This document shows, piece by piece, positions 1-12,041 of a stretch of 64,000 nucleotides of DNA (position 1 is its first letter; each line of letters begins with the position of its first letter). Position numbers and translations under genes: made by a program. The stretch spans positions 129,477,062 to 129,541,061 of the forward strand of contig NC_068982.1 in NCBI RefSeq assembly GCF_001194135.2. The letters are read 5' to 3'. The DNA comes from Octopus bimaculoides. Lineage: Eukaryota. The notes below the pieces were generated by a model that had not been told where the DNA came from, made no database searches, and saw nothing but the letters and a program-made list of their open reading frames with translations.

Positions 1-275
1 TTCAGTTAGTGGAATAGTTTCATTTTTAAAGTGAAAGTATTTGACATGAGTGTTTTTGTTTCACTTTTGACACGTAATACTTAAATAGTGGAGGAGATAT
101 TATGTTGCCGTGGGCTCGAACTCTGCAAGAAGTTAAAAAAATTTTTTGACTAAAACACAACTGGAACCCTAAGTAAGGCATGTGTAAAATTTGAATGAAA
201 TTGGTTGCGTAGTTCTCGAGTTTTAGGGATTCACACAGACAGACAGACACACATTCTCATTTTTATATATATAGA
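1..275 (-). mobile_element. Non-autonomous Helitron, 5' part (continues past the left window edge)
   Basis: Minus strand begins A|TCTATATATATAAAAATGAGAATGTGTGTCTG (Helitron-type 5' TC after a host A). Nearly identical to 29448-29725, whose element carries a Helitron helicase motif. Confidence 0.75.
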
Positions 276-654
276 TAAATAATGAATCTAAGCACATATA
301 TAGTGTATGAGGTTAAGATGTTGGATTACTGTACACATGATCACAAGTTCAAACCTCATCTGCTTTAATTAGTACATTTTTCTTTATTAGCAACAAGTTC
401 CAGTACAGTCTTATATTTGAGTTGTTACTGATAGAAAAAACATCAAGCTGTAAAAGTAATTTCTTTAACAATGTGGAAAAGTGAAATTAAAATGTCCAGT
501 TCACGCTTTTATGGAAAATTATTTACTGAAGTTTGAAAGTAAACATTGTGCTAACTTCACTTAGATCTCTTTCTCTTCTCTTTAATAAAAGGTTTTTAGT
601 GGTGTTCTTCATCTTTGAACTTGTCAAATGGTGTTTGCTTTTAATTTTCATTAG

Positions 655-920
655 ACATACTGGTGCCATGTAAAAAGTACTAGTGATGGAGCCACATAAA
701 AACCACTGATGCTGGACCCACATAAAGAGCACTGGTGAATAGTACCATGTAAAAAGCACCCAGTGTACTCTAATGTGGTTGGCATTAGGAAGGGCATCCA
801 GCTGTAGAAATCAAACCAAAACAGACTATGGAACCTGGTATGGCCTCTGGCCTTGTTAGCTCCTGTCAGACCGTCCAATCCATGCCAGTATGAGAAATGG
901 ATATTAAATGATGATGATAG
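655..920 (+). mobile_element. RTE LINE 3' end fragment with about four 26-bp subrepeats
   Basis: Shared tail GGCATTAGGAAGGGCATCCAGCTGTAGAAA...CCATGCCAG...TAAATGATGATG; same 26-bp unit as 50751-51036. Confidence 0.7.
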
Positions 921-1103
921 TTACTTGAATAGATCTTTGTATATTACTGGCATTTATTATCTTCGGAGAAATGACTTCAGAACATTAGAGTAACAAAAAT
1001 AAATAGTGTAAAGCTTTTAATTTGGGACTCTTATTTCTGCCAAACTCATTACTTCATTGTCTCTCAACTTACAAATAATAAGAGAAATGTAATTCTAATA
1101 ACA

Positions 1104-1280
1104 AGGAGACAAGCATAGCTGTGTGGTGAATAAGTTCACTTCATAGCTATGTGGTTCTGTGGTCAATCCCACTATGCAGCACCTTGGGCAAATGTCTTTT
1201 ACCATGGCCCCAGACCGACCAATGCCTTGTCTGTGGAATTTGATAGATAGAAACACTGTAGAAGTCCATTATGTGTGTGT
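1104..1280 (+). mobile_element. Decayed CORE-like tRNA SINE, 5' part
   Basis: GCTGTGTGG head followed by CACCTTGGGCAAATGTC core motif shared with many copies in the window. Confidence 0.6.
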
Positions 1281-1944
1281 CTGATAGATATGATCCATTT
1301 TAAAATTCATGAAGGTTATGCTTCAGCAAGGGAGTGCTACCTCCAGGGCCAGTAAAAGAATCTTAAAACAATAACAACTGTACAAATTGAATATCTGATC
1401 ACCTTGATGAAAGAATGTTGACTGAAAAGATATTGTAAAATAATTCCCATTGGGGAAATATTGAGATTAGAGATATTGTAGGCATATTCACATAATGTGT
1501 TTCATAAATAGAATAAAGTGTGAGGTTATTGATAAGTATGTTGTTCCTTTGAAGTTTGTTTTCTGATCTGTTATCATCATCATTATCGAATATTTTTTTA
1601 TATATTTATTTTTTCTCTGTGTTATGAGCTAATGATCTGTGTAGTCACATGGGGTACAAAGTGCCTTGATAAGTAAATCTGTTCAGAGGTTACATTGTTG
1701 TATAATTGGTATAATGAGAGTTATTTTAGCATCTGTAACATGAAAGGAGGTCGATGCTTATTGACAGCTATTGATCTATACTTTATTTTCAGCAGATATT
1801 TTGCTATATTTGGAAAATATTGATGCTAATACTTGTTTCATTTATGCCCATTACTTTTGGCACATCACTTTAAAGACCAGATGCACTTCAATCTGTATTG
1901 TCCAAAAATTTCAGTCAACTGATCTTGTCCGAGTTATCACTCTT

Positions 1945-2044
1945 NNNNNNNNNNNNNNNNNNNNNNNNNNNNNNNNNNNNNNNNNNNNNNNNNNNNNNNN
2001 NNNNNNNNNNNNNNNNNNNNNNNNNNNNNNNNNNNNNNNNNNNN
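1945..2044. other. Assembly gap (100 N)
   Basis: N run. Confidence 1.
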
Positions 2045-2294
2045 AATGCCTTGTCAGTCGAGTAGAATATATTTCCCTGAGGAGATTTGATAAAACTCAA
2101 ACATGCTTGTTACTTTCACCATTTGGCTCTGAAGTCAAGATCCACTCTTGTGTTGTCCAAAAAATCTTATGTTAGGATTATCTTAATTGCTTGTTGTGCT
2201 GGTAGTTTTCTTGTACTAATTACTTGGATTCACTATAGTACGTGTGTGAGTTCAAGCCAAGTTACTTTTAAGTAAGTCCTTAACCATGAAATAA

Positions 2295-2452
2295 TTTGCA
2301 TAGTTTCTGATGTTAAGAAGGACATCCAGCCATAGAAAACCATGCCAAATCAGACTGGAGTTTGGTGCAGCCTTCCAGCGTGCCAGCCCAGTCAAACCGT
2401 CCAACCCATGCCAGCATGGACGATGGCCATTAAATGATGATGATGATGATGG
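2295..2452 (+). mobile_element. RTE-type 3' tail ending in (GAT)n
   Basis: GTTAAGAAGGACATCCAGCCATAGAAAACCATGCCAAATCAGACTGGAG...CCATGCCAGCATGGA...TAAATGATGATGATGATG. Confidence 0.75.
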
Positions 2453-3317
2453 TACTTAAGGTAAAAGTTAATATTAGTACATACTTGGTATCTATCTGTT
2501 AATTATACAGTATCTTGTAAAATTTGGTATTATGGAGTATTTTAACACGTTTGCATGATATTCTGGTTTTAGAATGAGTATTCCGTATTCTTGTGTTTTG
2601 TAAGACACATCTAAAAAGCTCAGCAGTAGGAAGAGCGTCTTGTTGTAAAATGCTCTAGACACAGATGTTGGCTCTGATTCAATTTCAGTTCCTACTTTTA
2701 CTAGTTTTGCTTTGTTTATATTGATAGTCCTTTCTCTAAAGATACCCTCAGAAATGGAATCATGTCAAGTATGGGGTTGCTGGGCCAATCCGTACTTTAG
2801 CAAAGAAAATGGCCTTTAAACATTTGGTGTTGTGTATTTTTGATAATATTCTTCCTTTTGTAATAAGAGCTAACTTGACAACATCTTTAATGATTAATAT
2901 CACTGAAAGAGATCAAGACCAACAATGAATTGCAGAGAGTAATGGATTAGTGTGAAGAGAAATAGAATGAGACTGCTGAGTCATGTGCTAAGGAGATGAA
3001 AGTGACTGAATGAGAAAGTAAGGGTAACAGATGTAGAAAGTAGAGGAAAGGGAAGACCAAGAAAGGTATCACTAAAGATGAGGGAGGAAGAAATTAGGAC
3101 AAGGAGGTCAGTGAGGAGAGGTGGAGAAGATTGTCATGGCATTTGTAAGACTAATTCCTGCTTTAACAAGAAAATTAGATTTAAATACTTGTTGCGGCAA
3201 ATATAAGTGGTTATTTTGATTTAGTTTGTAAGGTATTTCTTTTCAATGGAGAATGCCAGTTTTGTCTAAATACAGCTAATATATTCCTATTTGCCCCAGA
3301 CTGGAACATATATATAA

Positions 3318-3706
3318 CTTATCTTTTACTCGTTTCAGTCATTAGACTGTGCCCATCTTGGGGCATATTGTTGAAGAACTTTTAGTTGAATGAATCAGCC
3401 CCAGTATTTTTTTTTACGAAGCCTGGTACTTACTCTATTGGACTCCATCACTGAACTGCTAAGTTAGAGGGATTTAGACACACTAACACTGGTTGTCAAG
3501 TGGTGGGGGAAAACACAGACACAAAGACATGCAGATAAGTATGTATGTATATATATATATATATATGATGGGCTTCTTAATTTCCATTCACAAGGCTTTG
3601 GCCAGCCTGAGGCTGTAATAGAAGACACTTGCCCAAGGTGCCACTCAGTGAGACTGAATTCGGAATCATGTTTTGGGAAGTAAACTTTTTACCACACAGC
3701 CATGCC
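3318..3706 (-). mobile_element. CORE-like tRNA SINE, near full length, with internal (AT)n
   Basis: Reverse complement of the family at 12201-12560 and 35659-36073. Confidence 0.7.
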
Positions 3707-3724
3707 TGGATAACTAATTAGGAA

Positions 3725-4110
3725 GGGAGTCTGTTTAGATGAGATGCAGTTTGGTTTGCTGCCAGAGAGAAGCACCACTCCTATACTCAACTGCAGGAGA
3801 AATACCTGGCCCAAAACAAACCTCTGTATTTGGCTTTTGTTGACATAGAAAAAGCCTCCAACAAGGTCTCCCACTCCTTTTTCTTGTGGTCAATGCAGAA
3901 ACTAGGGATAGACGAGTGGCGGGTACAAGGACGCTATCAGTAAGGTGGGGGTTGGCAATGAGTATAGCAATGTATTCAGTATACAAGTAGGAGTTCATCA
4001 AGGGTTGGTCTCCAGCCCCCTCTTGTTCATCATAATCCTCTAGGAATAACAGGAATTTAAGCTGGGCTGCCCCTGGGAGCTCTTCTATGTTGATGGCCTT
4101 GTTCTTATAT
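3725..4110 (+). mobile_element. Degenerate RTE reverse-transcriptase fragment
   Basis: Manual translation LDEMQFGLLPERSTT and PWELFYVDGLVL match the in-window RTE motifs LDEMEFGFVLGRSTT and PWELLYADDLVL. Confidence 0.8.
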
Positions 4111-4336
4111 ATATGAGAAATAGAAAGAATGTATTTCTTAGAGACATGGAATAGTAAAAATAAGAGAACCTCTTTCATTCCAATTTCAATCCAGTTGAGG
4201 TCAGCCTTTCTCTGTCATGTTATTAGGATTGGTTGATCTATATCTGTCTTCTTTGAATTTGTAGTGCTATATTAATGTGAGAAGTTATGTGTGTGTGTGT
4301 GACACACACACACAAGTTTTGTCTCACTGCACAGTA

Positions 4337-4688
4337 ATGGGTTGACTATTACTTTGTGAGTGAAATTGATTGACAGAAACTGGAAGAAGCTTGTTGTGTG
4401 TGTTTATATATATGTGTGTGTGTGCATGTATGACTGGGTGTACATTCCCCCTTGTCTTGGCATGTATGCGTTGTTTGTAAACAAAAACCTTATAATTTGT
4501 ATGTTTGCTGGTAGTTTCTACAAAAGCATGTCTGGACTGTCCAGTGTTCGATAGACTGAAGTATTACCTTACTTGGAAACAGATGAGGGTTAGTATCAAG
4601 AAGGGCCTCTGGTTGTAGAAAATCTACCCCAATAAACTTTATCTGACCCATGCAAGATTGGATAAGTAGACATCAAAATGATGATGAT
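4337..4688 (+). mobile_element. SINE-like element with RTE-type (GAT)n tail
   Basis: GAAACTGGAAGAAGC...(GT)n...TTACCTTACTTGGAAACAG...CCCATGCAAG...ATGATGATG; related to 17810-18225. Confidence 0.55.
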
Positions 4689-4722
4689 TTTCACGTACAC
4701 ATGCACTCACACTCACTCACAT

Positions 4723-5100
4723 CATCATATCATTTTAATGTCCCCTTTTCCATGCTTGCATAGGATAAACAGAATTCACTGAGTCAAATTTTATATGGCA
4801 GGATGCCATCCCAGGCACCAAACCTCACCTGTTTCCAAGTAAGGGATTATTTCTCCATTGCCTGATAGGATTTTCCAGAAGACTGGCAATGAAGGACACC
4901 ATTTGTATGGCAGTGATGTTGAGACAAGAAGACACACATACATTTATGGAATACATGCCAGGCTTCTTTTAGTTTCCCTTTATCAGATACACAAGGCTTT
5001 GTTCTGTCCAAGGTTATAGTAAAAGACACTTGCCCAAAGTGCCATACAGTGAGACTGAACCTGAAACTACATACTTGGGAAGCAATCTTCTTAACCACAT
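4723..5100 (-). mobile_element. Same SINE-like family in opposite orientation
   Basis: Starts CATCATCAT...TTTTCCATGCTTGCAT...CCTGTTTCCAAGTAAGG; CORE-like motif AGACACTTGCCCAAAGTG near 5025. Confidence 0.55.
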
Positions 5101-5399
5101 GACTAGACCTGCACTTAGTGTTATTGGTAGTAACTGACTCCAACATAAACACATGGCCTGAAATGTGGAGGAGGAGGAGAAAAGGTGATGATATCTATCC
5201 CAGTACTTAATTGGTACTTGATTTTGTCAACCTTGAAGGGATGAAAGGCAGGATTTGAACCCAAAATGTAAATGGCTAGAAAGATGATGGTGTTCATGAG
5301 ATGTGTTTTAGATGTTATATATGTTTTTTAATTATAAATAAAGCATAATTTGTAGAATGTGTTCTTCAACTTAAAAGTAGCAGTAACCCTATCCAGTTG

Positions 5400-5760
5400 A
5401 TCTGCTCGTTCACCCTATGCAATCCTCTGGACCATTTCTCTTGTGTTCACCTTCCTGTAACTTGAGGATATGCCCTGGGGTAGCTGTGTATCTTCTCCAC
5501 TGCAAGTCACCTGTCCCTACCCCTCTATCATACTTTAACCTCTCATTATCTGACATAAATTCACCTCCCTCAATGCTATACCCCCTCAGTAGAGGGATCT
5601 TGTCTTGCAAGTTACTTCATGAGCTCACTGCAGTTGGTGCCACACAAAAAGCACCCAGTATATTCTGTAATGTGGTTAGCATTAGGAAGGGCATCCAGCC
5701 ATAGCAACCATGCCAAGCAGACATTGGAGCTTAGCACAGCCCTCTGGCTTGCCAGCTCCT
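5400..5760 (-). mobile_element. Dispersed repeat family (also at 34340-34520) joined to an RTE-type tail
   Basis: ORF-track peptides 5410..5610 (-) and 34344..34547 (+) align (YSIEGGEFMSDNERLKYDRG vs YNIEGGGFVLSVERLKYNRR). Confidence 0.55.
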
Positions 5761-6654
5761 GATTTGCCTGTTATCTGTATCAGATTGAGCAACAATGGAG
5801 AGACCTCCTCTTTAGCTACTTATGACAGTTATTAGTGTTGTTAACCCAGCAGACCTATGAAACTGTTCTTATCATTGCGTCCTGACCTTATCATTGCATT
5901 TGTAAGACTACATTATCCAGTGTGTCCCTTCTTTTCCAATATTGTTGAATGTGATTCAAGGGATATTGACTGCTGTTTCTAGCATGTTGAATGGCCATAG
6001 TAGTTGCTGAAGGTGATGGTATTAATATGACATAAATATGTCCCTATCAATGTATGCAACTGTGAATTACTGAAACTAAGTGCCTCATACACATTATTTA
6101 TCATAGTTGAGTCTTCTCATCTTTATGCTACATGCTCAATGAATAAATTGTAGGTTATCTTTCTCTCACTCCCCTCCTGTCCTTGTGTATATGTGTGTAT
6201 TTATCATAAGTTGGTCTGGCAACAATTACATGTCAAGAATTATGGTGTTCAAGAAGAATTTTAGATAAAAAAATTATTGCTGTAAAATCAATTTGGAACT
6301 AAAATTTCTAAAGAAGGTTTGGTGGCTTTATAACTGAAGTGTTAGGAGTTCAAACCCAGCTTACTCTCCAGTCGTATTGTATATACAGTGAGTAAGTGTG
6401 TAATTTCAACTGGTATAACATTTTTCAGGTTGACAGATTATAAGACTATGGGAGTTGTTTGTGTTTTGCCAAGGTTTTGTTGTTGCTTCACCAGAAATAT
6501 AGCATCTGTGCTGCTCTGTTCTTACTGTCAATTCACAAATCATCCTATGTAAACTATATCTTATTCTGCCCTACTTTTACTAAAACTCATTTTTCCACGT
6601 TTGTTATTTCATTCAAAGATATGCCTCTTACATCAGTATAAAGCTCGAGACATC

Positions 6655-6656
<2 letters not shown>

Positions 6657-6737
<81 letters not shown>
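6657..6737. repeat. Compound microsatellite (TG)n(AG)n
   Basis: Seen directly. Confidence 0.98.
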
Positions 6738-6740
<3 letters not shown>

Positions 6741-8090
6741 AATAAAATATTGTGATATTTGTAATTTATCAAATGCATTAACAGTATCAATTAAATTAAA
6801 TCACTTTAAAGTGTAATAGAAGCTAGTGGGTGGTGCTAGGGGTTGTCTTGCCTAAGAAGTTTTATAACCAGAATGCAAAGACAAAGAAGCTAACGAACAG
6901 ACACTATGTATTCAACTAAAATTATCAAAGGAAATAAAGACTAAAATATGGTGTGATATGATTTGAAAGAACTGGAATCTTTTGATAAGTATAGCTATGT
7001 TTAGGATAATGCGTTGGTGTGTAATGCATGAAAGTACAGACAATTGTAACTAATAATTTGATAATTATTATTGTAAGGATTTAATAATGATAACTATGAT
7101 TTTCTAATTTCATTATTTCTAGTTAATTTATTTTATATCAACAGGCGTAAATAATTACTTGGAGTTATTTTCCAATTATATAGCAATAAAAAGAGGCCGT
7201 ATAATTAGATTTGAGTTGTCCTCTGAAGTCCATGTTGTTCAAAGTACTGCTTTAGTAAATGAATAAAATAATTTCGTCCTCTCTAAAAGTTTACTGATAA
7301 GCCTTGGCCTTTGTTCTAATAATTTAAGATACCATGCACAGGGTATCTCTAATTTAAACTTGTAAGATAGTCTTTATTGTCTGGAGCTTTTGTTAAGTTG
7401 TATAATTGCCTTTTGTCTATCAATGCATTTTGGTTTCATTACATTACTTCCAGATATTCAACAGGTAGTAATATATATATATATATCTTTTTTCCATTCT
7501 CTATATAGCATGTCCCATTTCACAAAAATTACTAATGTTTACCCTACAGCTAGCATTTAGAAAATATACATATTTTTATGATTTGTTAAGGTTTTTTAAT
7601 TGAAAGTAGTTCTATGTATAATGTAAAATTATTGGTGTTATTGTAAGCTTACACATAAGAATGTTTGTGATATTGTTCTTATCTTATATTGTTGTTGAAA
7701 TAGTTATTGTTCAGTAGTATTTGTGAATAGAATTGTAGATATTAAAATATATGTATATATTCAAATTTGATTTACATTATCATTTTATAAACCAAAGGTT
7801 ACTCATCATCATAACTGTCAACACTACATGTATTGTCATTTGTTTAGTAACTATTTTTCTATATAGGTATAGATTTGGTTGTGTCTATTATATCATTTTG
7901 AACTCCTCCCACCTTCTATTTCTAGGCATTTAATGCTCTCATATACAACCTAACTAGTTTATCTTGTATTGCTTATTGGAAAGACCTGAATATTACCAAT
8001 TATCTTTCCTTTGTACCTATATTATAATCATTATACTTCGTTTTTCTATCTGGTTTTCAAAATTCTTTATGTGAGTTCATGTGTTAAAGC

Positions 8091-8372
8091 ATATTTTGTT
8101 GTTTCTGGGGAGCGTCATTTTGTCTTTACACCTTATTAACAGACTCACCGGTTCAATTTCCACTCTATTTATTTATATATACAATTTTTTCTCCCAGAAT
8201 TTTCATTGTTTCTTGCAACCTTCTCAGTAGTTGTCAACAACTATTGAGAAGATTGCAAGAAGCAACAAACATTCTGGAAAAAAAAAAAAAATTGAGTGGA
8301 AATTGAACTGGTGAGTGTGTTAGTTAATAAGGCGTAAAGACAAAATGAATCTCCCCGGACACAACAAAATAT
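8091..8372. mobile_element. Foldback/MITE-like palindrome, about 140-bp arms, 4-nt loop at 8234-8237
   Basis: Left ATATTTTGTTG...CATTTTGTCTTTACACCTTATTAAC...CACCGGTTCAATTTCCACTC...TAGTTG; right arm is its reverse complement with mismatches. Confidence 0.8.
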
Positions 8373-8392
8373 AAACATTATGCTTATAAGCT

Positions 8393-8610
8393 AAAGGTAG
8401 CGAGTTGGCAGACTTGTTAGCATGTTGGGCAAAATTCTTAGCAACATTTCCAGGTCATTACATTCTAAGTTCAAATGTTGCTGAGGTCAGCTTTGCTTTT
8501 CATCCTTTCAAGTTTGATAAAATATGTCAGTCAAATGCCAGTGTTGATGAAATCGACTAACCTTCTCCACCTAAAAATTGATGATGTTATGCTAAAATAT
8601 GAAATGATTA
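8393..8610 (+). mobile_element. Meta-domain-type tRNA SINE (decayed)
   Basis: GCGAGTTGGCAGA head; GAGGTCAGCTTTGCTTTTCATCCTTTC...GATAAAAT central domain. Confidence 0.7.
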
Positions 8611-8698
8611 TATTAGCTGAAACATGTAAAAGAAAGGTGTTAAATTTCATAAAAGCAACTTAATTTGAAATGAATTTTCTTTTCTGACTATGATTTAA

Positions 8699-8919
8699 CC
8701 CTTTAGCATTTAATCTGGCCATATCTGGCTCAATATTCTACCTGTTTTATGGTCAAACTGGCCAGATCTGACCTCTCACACCTACCCAACATTTGTCATG
8801 CTGAACATAAACAGTAACATACGCTGAAATGTGGAAGCTATGAGATGATGTATGATTAATTCAAAATAATGTGAATAAATAAGCAGAACATTTGATAGAA
8901 TAATCTGAATGCTAAAGGG
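8699..8919. mobile_element. piggyBac-type MITE (family 1)
   Basis: 12-bp TIR CCCTTTAGCATT...AATGCTAAAGGG flanked by TTAA on both sides (8695-8698, 8920-8923). Confidence 0.85.
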
Positions 8920-9209
8920 TTAATGTATTTCATCCTGTATATTTTAGACTGAAGTTCTAAATATCCTTAATTCATTTCCTGTTTTTAGCATATTGATAAG
9001 GTTCTGTTTTGTTTTTGAAATTATTACTTACCAAAATCTATAGTTGGACTTAGAGAGGATGATGGAAAGGGAGGGTTTTTTTTTTTTGTTTCTGCATACA
9101 TATATAACTGTTGATGTATAATCATCATTCTAAGAAGATTCCTAGTTTGAAGCATAGCTTTAAAAAAATGCAGAACAAATATCTTGTTAAAAAAATATAT
9201 ATATATATT

Positions 9210-10041
9210 TAGTGACCAAGACCTTTGGAGATATGCTGTGCTTGAGAAGACCCGACAAGCCAAGTGAGAACATAGCCCATGGCCTATGCCAGTGGGTGTA
9301 ACCAGCCCACTTATGAGTGCCCCGCATTCATTGGACAATAAACTTTGCTTGCGAAGACCTATTGAGGCAAGTGAAATCAAAATCAAAATCACTGACATGG
9401 CTGATGACAGTACCACCTGATTGGCACTCGTGCCAGTGGAACGTTAAAGGCACATCCGAGCGTGGGGTGTAATCAGCCCACTCATGAGTACCCCTCATTC
9501 ATTGGACAATAAACTTTGCTTGCGAAGACTTATTGAGGCAAGTGAAATCAAATCAAAATTACTGACATGGCCAATGACAGTACCACCTGATTGGCACTCG
9601 TGCCAGTGGAACGTTAAAAGCACATGGAGCATGATCATTGCCAGGGCCACGGATTGGCTCTCGTGCCAGTGGCATGTAAAAAGCACCATTCGAGCGTGAT
9701 CGTTGCCAGCATCACCTTACCGGCACATGTGCTGGTGGCACCTGAAAAACAACATTCAAGCGCGGTTTTTGCCAGTGCTGCCGGACTGGCTCCTGTGCAG
9801 GTAGCACATAAAAAACACCTTTTGAGCATGGTCGTTGCCAGAACTGCCTGACTGGCCTTCGTGCCAGTGGCACGTAAAAGCACCCACTATACTCTCGGAG
9901 TGGTTGGTGTTAGGAAGGGCATCCAGCTGTAGAAACCTTGCCAGATCAGATTGAGCTTGGTGCAGCCTTCTGGCTCACCAGTCCTCAGTCAAACTGTCCA
10001 GCATGGAAAGCGGACGTTAAACGACGACAACGACGATGATG
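9210..10041 (+). mobile_element. RTE LINE 3' end with an internal 171-bp tandem duplication
   Basis: GACCTTTGGAGATATGCTGTGCTTGAGAAGACC (end of ORF2), TGCCAGTGGCA subrepeats, tail GGAAAGCGGACGTTAAACGACGAC; 9294-9464 is repeated at 9465-9635. Confidence 0.85.
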
Positions 10042-12008
10042 GTCATTGTAAGTAGCTTTGCTAAAATCTCTTCCTAACTGATATGCTGCCATTTCCAGTT
10101 CTGATTTTGGTAATAAACCATCAGAGATTTAGAAGCTGTTGATTCTGCAATGTCCAAGTTTCCAGGCACCTGTTGCACATGCACTCCTATGCTTTTCTCT
10201 CCCTAAAATTCAAGCTACTTTGCACTTTAGTTTATCATTGTTACATATAAATACATAGAAACCTTTGCTTTTTGAGTTGCTATCGTGTGGAACTTTCCTC
10301 TATTTGCTTCCCTGGAATCTACTTTCCAATATATCAAGCTCCGCTTTACTACCATAGCCCGCTTTTTATCTGAAACACCTATTTAGGTGCTATTAGCAAT
10401 ACTCTTCATTTCTCACTTGATAAGACAAAAGAAAAACCTATAAAATCTGCTCATTTTGGTGATTTAAATGAAATATTTCAGACAAGGTGTTGTTGAGCAA
10501 AAAGTGTGTTCAGAATAATAGAAGTAAAATAGGTTTGAATTAATGGCTTGTTCAACCCAATTGAGCAGTTAAACAAGAACATATTAATTCCTATTCAATG
10601 TATCAACATAACTTAAGAAATGGTTTTGATTGTAGTTAAGTGTCAGGTCACCTTCATTGAGCAAACTGATAATTAATGACATTTCAGCCATGATTATTAA
10701 ACTGTCTTTGTCTTTGATGTAGACGTTAGGGAGTGATTTGAGGGAGATTTGACTGCTACTTCATACTAGATGAATGACTGCATCGAGGCTTTCTTATTGG
10801 CTTGAAATAGTTTCAGTGCATATAAGTGATGAGAATGTTAGCTATTGATCAGTATTTGTGGAATCGATGACCCTGTTGGTATAGTAAATATTGTTTTAAT
10901 GACTTAGGAGTTATTATTACTGTAATACTGGTTGTGTTGGCTATTTTACTGCTCTATTCTAAGTCTGCATCTAAGTTTATGTATACAAACACATACTACT
11001 AAATCTTAGTCAGGAAGGAGAGTATCATTTAATACTTACTTAAGATTTTTGATATTTATATTTAATGTTGTTGTTGTTATTTTTAATACAGGTGAATTAG
11101 CAGAACTGTTAGTGTTGGATGAAATGTCTTGCAGTAGTTAGATATAGCTTGTTATGCTTTGAGATCAACTATACCTTTCACTCCCCTGGAGTTGATGAAG
11201 TTAAGTACCAATCAAGTACTGGGTTCAATTTAATTGACTCACTTCCAGCTCCAAATTTGTGACCTTGTACCATTGTTAGAACAGTTATTTATTCCTAACA
11301 GAAGAGCAGCAAGTTGACAGAATTGCTAGAGTGGCGAACGAAGTATTTTGTAGAATTTAGTTACATTTTGAGTTAAATAAAATTCTATTGAAATCAGTTT
11401 TGCATTTCATCCTTCTGATGTTGATAAAATAAATACCAAATAGATAACAGGGTCAATTTAATGGACTGTTCTCTCCTTCAAAATCGCACAACTTTTGAAT
11501 CAATTTCTTTCTGTTATTCTTTTAATATGTTTCTCTGAAATATTTTATTTAAATCACCTAAAGAAGCAGATTTTATGAGGTTTTTCTTTTATATTTATGG
11601 ATATACACACACTACTAAATATTGCTCAATCAACGAGTGTATTGTTTGATTCTCACTTAAAATTTTGCTATTTTTAGAATTAATTATAGTGTTAATGATA
11701 ATTATGATTAATGGTTTCTAATTAAGGTGTAAGGTCAGTCAATCAGTCAGAGTGTAAAGAACCAGAAGAAATGCTGCTATTATTTGTAATAGAGCATAAA
11801 GCCACATATTTTGGAGCAGGAAACTGTAAGTTATGCCAAATAGGGTACTTACAACTGCTACTTGGCTTAGTTGACCCTAAAAGGGATTAATGACAGATGT
11901 GTCTCTATAAGATTTGAACTGAGAATATACATATAAAGGGATGTAACTAGATGCTACAAGGCATTTATGTCATTTACTGCTCTATCAATGCTAATACCCA
12001 CAACCCCC

Positions 12009-12039
<31 letters not shown>

Positions 12040-12041
<2 letters not shown>

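Noticed and set aside
1771-2275. Possible + strand exon after TTTATTTTCAG near 1791
   Set aside because: No recognisable homology, interrupted by a gap, and no partner exons.
3735-4178. 147-aa minus-strand ORF and similar antisense ORFs (45557-45889, 22689-22913, 54835-55155)
   Set aside because: They are shadows of RTE or GAPVD1 coding sequence on the opposite strand.
4288-4313. (TG)n/(CA)n hairpin
   Set aside because: Self-complementarity is a trivial property of adjacent opposite microsatellites.
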